The notes beneath the pieces were generated by a model. That model was not told the origin of the DNA. It ran no database searches and saw only the letters and a program-made list of their open reading frames with translations. The translations under genes and the position numbers were made by a program. Positions 57,401-64,000 of a stretch of 64,000 nucleotides of DNA are shown here, one piece after another. The DNA lies in assembly GCF_009914755.1 (NCBI RefSeq), contig NC_060928.1; one strand, 5' to 3'. Positions within the stretch are counted from its first letter, which is position 1, and each line of letters begins with the position of its first letter. Origin of the DNA: the human T2T-CHM13v2.0 reference genome, Homo sapiens.

Positions 57401-60400
57401 TTGATATTTTATGAACAGTATATAATATATAGTTTGGGTACTTTGATAATTTATGTACAGTGTATAACACATACTTTGGGTACTTTGATATTTTATGTAC
57501 AGTATATAATACATACCTTGGGTACTTTTATATTTTATGTACAGTATATAATACATACTTTGGGTACTTTCATATTTCATGTACAGTTTATAATATATAG
57601 TTTGGGTACTTTGGTATATTATGTACTGTATATAATACATACTTTGGGTACTTAGATATTTTATGTACAGTATATAATACATACTTTGGGTACTTTGATA
57701 TTTTATGTACAGTATACAATATATACTTTGACTATTTTGATATTTTATGTCCAGTATAGAATATATAGTTTTGGTAGTTTGATATTTTATGTACAGTATA
57801 TAGTTTGAGTACATTGATATTTTATGTACACTTTATTATAAATGTTTGGATACTTTCATATTTTATGTACAGTATATAATACATACTTTGGGCACTTTGA
57901 TATTTTATGTACAGTATACAATACATACTTTGGGTAATTTGATATTTTATGTACAGTATATAATACATACATTGGGTACTTTGATATTTTATGTACAGTA
58001 TATAATATACAGTTAGGGTACTTTGATATTTTATATACAGTATATAATATATATTATGTGTACTTTGATATATTATGTACAGTATATAATATATAGTTTG
58101 GGTAATTTGATATTTTATGTACAGTATACAATATATAGTATTGGTACTTTGATATTTCATGTAAAGTATATAGTTTGAGTACTTTGATATTTTATATACA
58201 GTTTATTATAAATGTTTGGGTACCTTCATATTTTATGTACAGTATATAATACATACTTTGGGAACTTTTATTTTATGTGCAGTATATAATACATACTTTG
58301 GGTACTTTGATATTTTATGTACAGTATATAATACACACTTTGGGTACTTTGATATTTTATGTACAGTATATAATACACACTTTGGGGACTTTGATATTTT
58401 ATGTACAGTATATAATACATACTTTGGGTACTTTGATGTATTATGTACAGTATATAATACATACTTTGGGTACTTTGATATTTTATGTACAGTATATAAT
58501 ACATACTTTGGGTACTTTGATATTTTATCTACAGTATATAATACATACTATGGGTACTTTAATATTTTATGTATAGTATATAATACCTACTTTGGGTAAT
58601 TTGATATTTTGTGGACAGTATATAATACATGCTTTGGGTAAGTTGATATTTTATGTACAGTATATAATATATAGTTTGGGTACTTTGATATTTTATATAC
58701 AGTATATAATACATACTTTGGGTACTTTGATATTTTTTGTACAGTATATAAAACATACTTTGGGGAGTTTGATATTTTATGAACAGTATATAATACACAT
58801 TTTGGGTACTTTGATATTTTATGTACAGTATATAATACATACTTTGGGTACTTTGATATTTTACGTACAGTATATAATACATACGTTGGGTACTTTGATA
58901 TTTTATGTACAGTATATAATACATACATTGGATACTTCGATATTTTATGTGCAGTACCGTATATATAGTTTGGGTATTTTGATATTTTATGTCGAGTATA
59001 AAATAAATAGTTTTGTTACTTTGATATTTTATGTACAGGTTATAGTTTGAGTACTTTGATATTTAATGTTCAGTTTATTATAAATGTTTGGGTGCTTTCA
59101 TATTTTATATACAGTATATAATACATACTTTGGGCACCTTGATATTTTATGTACAGTATATAATACATACTTTGAGTACTTTGATATTTTATGTACGGTA
59201 TATAATACATACATTGGGTACTTTGATATTTTATGTACAGTATATAATATATAGTTTGGGTACTTTGATATTTTATATACAGTATATAATATATATTATG
59301 TGTACTTTGATATATTCTGTGCAGTATATAATATATAGTTTGGGTTGTTTGATATTTTATGTACAGTATATAATATATAGTTTGGGTAGTTTGATATTTT
59401 AAGTACAGTATGTAATATATAGTTTGTGTTATTTGATATTTTATGTACAGTATACAATATATAGTACTGGTACTTTGATATTTCATGTAAAGTATATAGT
59501 TTGAGTACTTTGATATTTTATATACAGTTTATTATAAATGTTTGGGTACCTTCATATTTTATGTACAGTATATAATACATACTTTGGGAACTTTTATTTT
59601 ATGTGCAGTATATAATACATACTTTGGGTACTTTGATATTTTATGTACAGTATATAATACACACTTTGGGTACTTTGATATTTTATGTACAGTATATAAT
59701 ACACACTTTGGGTAGTTTGATATTTTATGTACAGTATATAATACATACTTTGGGTACTTTGATGTATTATGTACAGTATATAATACATACTTTGGGTACT
59801 TTGATATTTTATGTACAGTATATAATACATACTTTGGGTACTTTCATATTTCATGTACAGTATATAATATATAGTTTGGGTACTTTGGTATATTATGTAC
59901 TGTATATAATACATACTTTGAGTACTTTGATATTTTATGTACAGTATATAATACACACTTTGGGTACTTTGATATTTTATGTACAGTATATAATACACAC
60001 TTTGGGTACTTTGATATTTTATGTACAGTATATAATACATACTTTGGGTACTTTGATGTATTATGTACAGTATATAATACATACTTTGGGTACTTTGATA
60101 TTTTATGTACAGTATATAATACATACTTTGGGTACTTTGATATTTTATGTACAGTATGTAATACACACTTTGGGTACTTTGATATTTTATGTACAGTATG
60201 TAAAACATACTTTGGGTAGTTTGATATATTATGTACAGTATATAATACATACTTTGGGTACTCTGATATTTTATGTACAGTGTATAATACATACTTTGGG
60301 TACTTTGATATTTTATGTACAGTATATAATACATACATTGGGTACTTTGATATATTATGTACAGTATATAATACTTACTTGGGGTATCTTGATATTTTAT

Positions 60401-63400
60401 GTACAGTATATAATGCATACTTTGGGTACTTTGATATTTTATGTACACTATATAATGCATACTTTGAGTACTTTGATATTTTATGTACAGTATGTAATAC
60501 ATACTTTGGGTACTTTGATATTTTATGTATAGTATATAATACATACTTTGTGTAGTTTGATATTTTATGTACAGTATACAATATATAGTTTGAGTACTTT
60601 GATATTTTATGTCCAGTATAAAATATATAGTTTTCCTAATTGATATTTTATGTACAGAATATAGTTTGAGTACTTTGATATTTTATGTACACTTTATTAT
60701 AAATGTTTGGGTACTTTCATATTTTATGTACAGTATATAATACATACTTTGGTCTCTTTGATGTTTTATGTACAGTATATAATACATACTTTGGGTTCTT
60801 TGATATTTTATGTGCAGAATATAATGCATAGTTTTAGGTAATTTTATATTTTATGTACAGAATATAATACATACTTTGGGTACTTTGATATTTTATGTAC
60901 AGTATATAATACATACTTCGTGTACTTTGATATTTTATGTACAGTATATAATACATATTATTGGTACTTTGATATTTTATATACAGTATACAATATATAG
61001 TTTGAGTACTTTGATATTTTATGTCCAGTATAAAATACATAGATTTCATACTTTGATATTTTATGTACAGAATATAGTTTGAGTACTTTGATATTTTATG
61101 TACACTTTATCATAAAAGTTTGGGTACTTTCATATTTTACGTACAGTATATAATACATACTTTGGGCACTTTGATGTTTTATGTACAGTATATAATACAT
61201 ACTTTGGGTTCTTTGACATGTTATGTACAGCATATAGTACATAATTTGGGGACTTTTATATTTTATGTACATTATATAATACATACTTTGGGTACTTTTA
61301 TATTTTATGTACGGTATATAATACATACTTTGGGTACTTTGATATATTATGTACAGTATATAATACATACTTTGGGTACTTTGATATATTATGTACAGTA
61401 TATAATACATACTTAGGGTACTTTGACATTTTATGTACAGTACATAATACATACTTTCGGTACTTTGATATTTTATGTACAGTATATAATACATACTTTG
61501 GGTACTTTGATATTTTATGTACAGTATATAATACATGTTTTGGGTACTTTTACATTTTATGTACAGTACATAATATATAGTTTGGGTACTTTGATATTTT
61601 ATGTACGGTATATAATACATACTTTGGGTACTTTGATATTTTATGTACAGTATATAATACATACTTTGGGTACTTTGATATTTTATGTACAGTATATAAT
61701 ACATACTTTGGGTACTTTGATATTTAATGTACAGTATATAATACACACTTTGCGTACTTTGATATTTTATGTAAAGTATGTAATACATACTTTGGGTACT
61801 TTGATATTTTATGTACAGTATGTAATACACGCTTTGGGTACTTTGATATTTTATGTAGAGTATGTAAAACATACTTTGGGTAGTTTGTTATTTTATGATC
61901 AGTATATAATACATATTTTGGGTACTTTGATATTTTATGTACAGTATATAATACATACTTTGGGTACTTTGATATTTTATGTACAGTATATAATGCATAA
62001 TTTGGGTACTTCAATAGTTTATGCACAGTATATAATACATACTTTGGGTAATTTGATATTTTATGTACAGTATATAATGCATACTTTGGGTACTTTGATA
62101 GTTTATGTACAGTATACAATACATACTTTGGGTACTTTGATATTTTATGTACAGTATATAATATGTAGTTTGGGTACTTTGATATTTTAACTACAGTATA
62201 TAATACATACTTTGGGTACTTTGATATTTTATCTACAGTATATAATAGATACTTTGGGTACTTTGATATATTATGTACAGTATATAATACATAGTTTGGT
62301 TACTTTGATATTTTTTGTACAGTATGTAAAACATACTTTGGGGAGTTTGATATTTTATGAACAGTATATAATACACATTTTGGGTACTTTGATATTTTAT
62401 GTACGGTATATAATACATACTTTGGGTACTTTGATATTTTATGTACAGTATATAATTCATACTTTGGGTACTTTGATATTTTATGTACAGTATATAATAC
62501 ATACATTGGGTACTTCGATATTTTATGTGCAGTACCCTATATATAGTTTGGGTACTTTGATATTTTATGTCCAGTATAAAATAAATAGTTTTGGTACTTT
62601 GATATTTTATGTACAGTATATAGTTTGAGTACTTTGATATTTAATGTTCAGTTTATTATAAATGTTTGGGTGCTTTCATATTTTATATACAGTATATAAT
62701 ACATACTTTGGGCACTTTGATATTTTCTGTACAGTATATAATACATACTTTGGGTACTTTGATATTTTATGTACGGTATATAATACATACATTGGGTACT
62801 TTGATATTTTATGTAAAGTATATAATATATAGTTTGGTTACTTTGATATTTTATATACAGTATATAATATATATTATGTGTACTTTGATATATTATGTAC
62901 AGTATATAATATATAGTATGGGTTGTTTGATATTTTATGTACAGTATATAATATATAGTTTGGGTAGTTTGATATTTTTAGTACAGTATGTAATATATAG
63001 TTTGTTTTATTTGATATTTTATGTACAGTATACAATATATAGTATTGGTACTTTGATATTTCATGTAAAGTATATAGTTTGAGTACTTTGATATTTTATA
63101 TGCAGTTTATTATAAATGTTTGGGTACCTTCATATTTTATGTACAGTATATAATACATACTTTGGGAACTTTTATTTTATGTGCAGTATATAATACATAC
63201 TTTGGGTACTTTGATATTTCATGTACAGTATATAATACACACTTTGGGTACTTTGATATTTTATGTACAGTATATAATACACACTTTGGGTAGTTTGATA
63301 TTTTATGTACAGTATATAATACATACTTTGGGTACTTTGATGTATTATGTACAGTATATAATACATACTTTGGGTACTTTGATATTTTATGTACAGTATA

Positions 63401-64000
63401 TAATACATACTTTGGGTACTTTGATATTTTATGTACAGTATGTAATACATAATTTGGGTACTTTAATATTTTATGTATAGTATATAATACTTACTTTGGG
63501 TACTTTGATATTTTATGGACAGTGTATAATACATACTTTGGGTTCTTTGATATTTTATGTACAGTATATAACATATAGTTTGGGTACTTTGATATTTTAT
63601 ATACAGTATATAATACATACTTTGGGTACTTTGATATTTTATGTACAGTATATAATACATACTTTGGGTACTTTGATATTTCATGCACAGTATACAATAT
63701 ATAGTTTGAGTACTTTGATATTTTATGTACTGAATAAAATATATAGTTTTCGTACTTTGATATTTTATGTACAGTATATAGTTTGAGTACGTTGATATTT
63801 TATGAACAGTTTGTTATAAATGTTTGGGTGCTTTCATATTTTATGTACAGTATATAATACATACTTTGGGCACTTTGATATCTTATGTACAGTATATAAT
63901 ACATACTTTGGGTTCTCTGATATTTTCTGTACAGTGTATAATACATAATTTGGGTACTTTGATATTTTATGTACAGCATATAATACATACGTTGGGTACT
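36476..64000. repeat. Macro-repeat copy 2 (truncated by the window end), lacking 4,396 bp present in copy 1
   Basis: From about 37448 to the end, the sequence matches 5369-31921 at a constant offset of 32,079 (e.g. ORFs 5733->37812, 13020->45099, 27524->59603, 31417->63496). I found only 8 substitutions by eye and no net indel. Confidence 0.95.
42364..43458. repeat. Same 546-bp tandem duplication in macro-copy 2
   Basis: ORFs 42620 and 43166, offset 32,079 from 10541 and 11087. Confidence 0.9.

Larger units (their letters stand above)
1..64000. repeat. HSat1A (classical Satellite 1 / SAR) 42-bp tandem satellite array, single orientation, T-rich strand on +
   Basis: The monomer TTTGGGTACTTTGATATTTTATGTACAGTATATAATACATAC repeats end to end across the window. 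It has two GTAC (RsaI) sites that give 17+25 bp fragments. The reverse complement matches the known Satellite 1 A (ACATAAAATATCAAAGT) and B (ACCCAAAGTATGTATTATATACTGT) units. The consensus is about 76% AT with no CpG. Species and chromosome cannot be determined from the sequence alone. Confidence 0.96.

Noticed and set aside
107-63988. Hundreds of ORFs on both strands (up to 437 aa) resembling repeat or membrane proteins
   Set aside because: All are translations of the 42-bp period. They overlap in several frames, mostly use TTG as the + strand 'start', are broken at each 35+41 boundary, and have no non-repetitive domain.
1-64000. CRISPR-like array (conserved part plus variable part)
   Set aside because: There are no unique spacers: the variable portion is just point variants of the same 42-mer. 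No cas genes or leader are present.
1-64000. Diversity-generating, antigenic-variation cassette or other programmed system
   Set aside because: No reverse transcriptase, recombinase or expression locus is present. The variation is explained by ordinary satellite mutation, duplication and conversion.
1-64000. Alpha satellite, HSat2/3, HSat1B, or telomeric/subtelomeric repeat
   Set aside because: No 171-bp monomer or CENP-B box, no CATTC repeats, no Alu-containing 2.4-kb unit and no TTAGGG arrays. Isolated TTAGGG (e.g. about 10079) are single-monomer variants.
1-64000. Transposon insertion or strand inversion within the array
   Set aside because: No non-satellite sequence, poly(A) tail or A-rich (reverse-orientation) monomers were seen anywhere on the + strand.

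Overview
The whole 64 kb window is one uninterrupted, single-orientation array of an AT-rich 42-bp satellite (consensus + strand TTTGGGTACTTTGATATTTTATGTACAGTATATAATACATAC, 10/42 G+C). Its reverse complement is the classical primate Satellite 1 simple sequence, a 17-bp RsaI fragment (ACATAAAATATCAAAGT) plus a 25-bp RsaI fragment (ACCCAAAGTATGTATTATATACTGT). This identifies it as HSat1A/SAR of human or great-ape heterochromatin. I see no real genes, RNA genes, transposons, CRISPR arrays or inversions; every listed ORF is a translation of the 42-bp period. What is interesting is the nested architecture. (1) A recurrent 35+41-bp short-monomer pair cuts the array into units of n x 42 - 8 bp, often 622 bp (15-mer) or 454 bp (11-mer). 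(2) These units are shuffled into kb-scale modules. (3) The modules form a ~36.5-kb macro-repeat whose second copy is near-identical but lacks an in-register 4,396-bp (106-monomer) segment and carries a tight cluster of SNVs suggestive of gene conversion. No novel coding system is supported. All comparisons were made by eye and from ORF-track offsets, so block edges are approximate.
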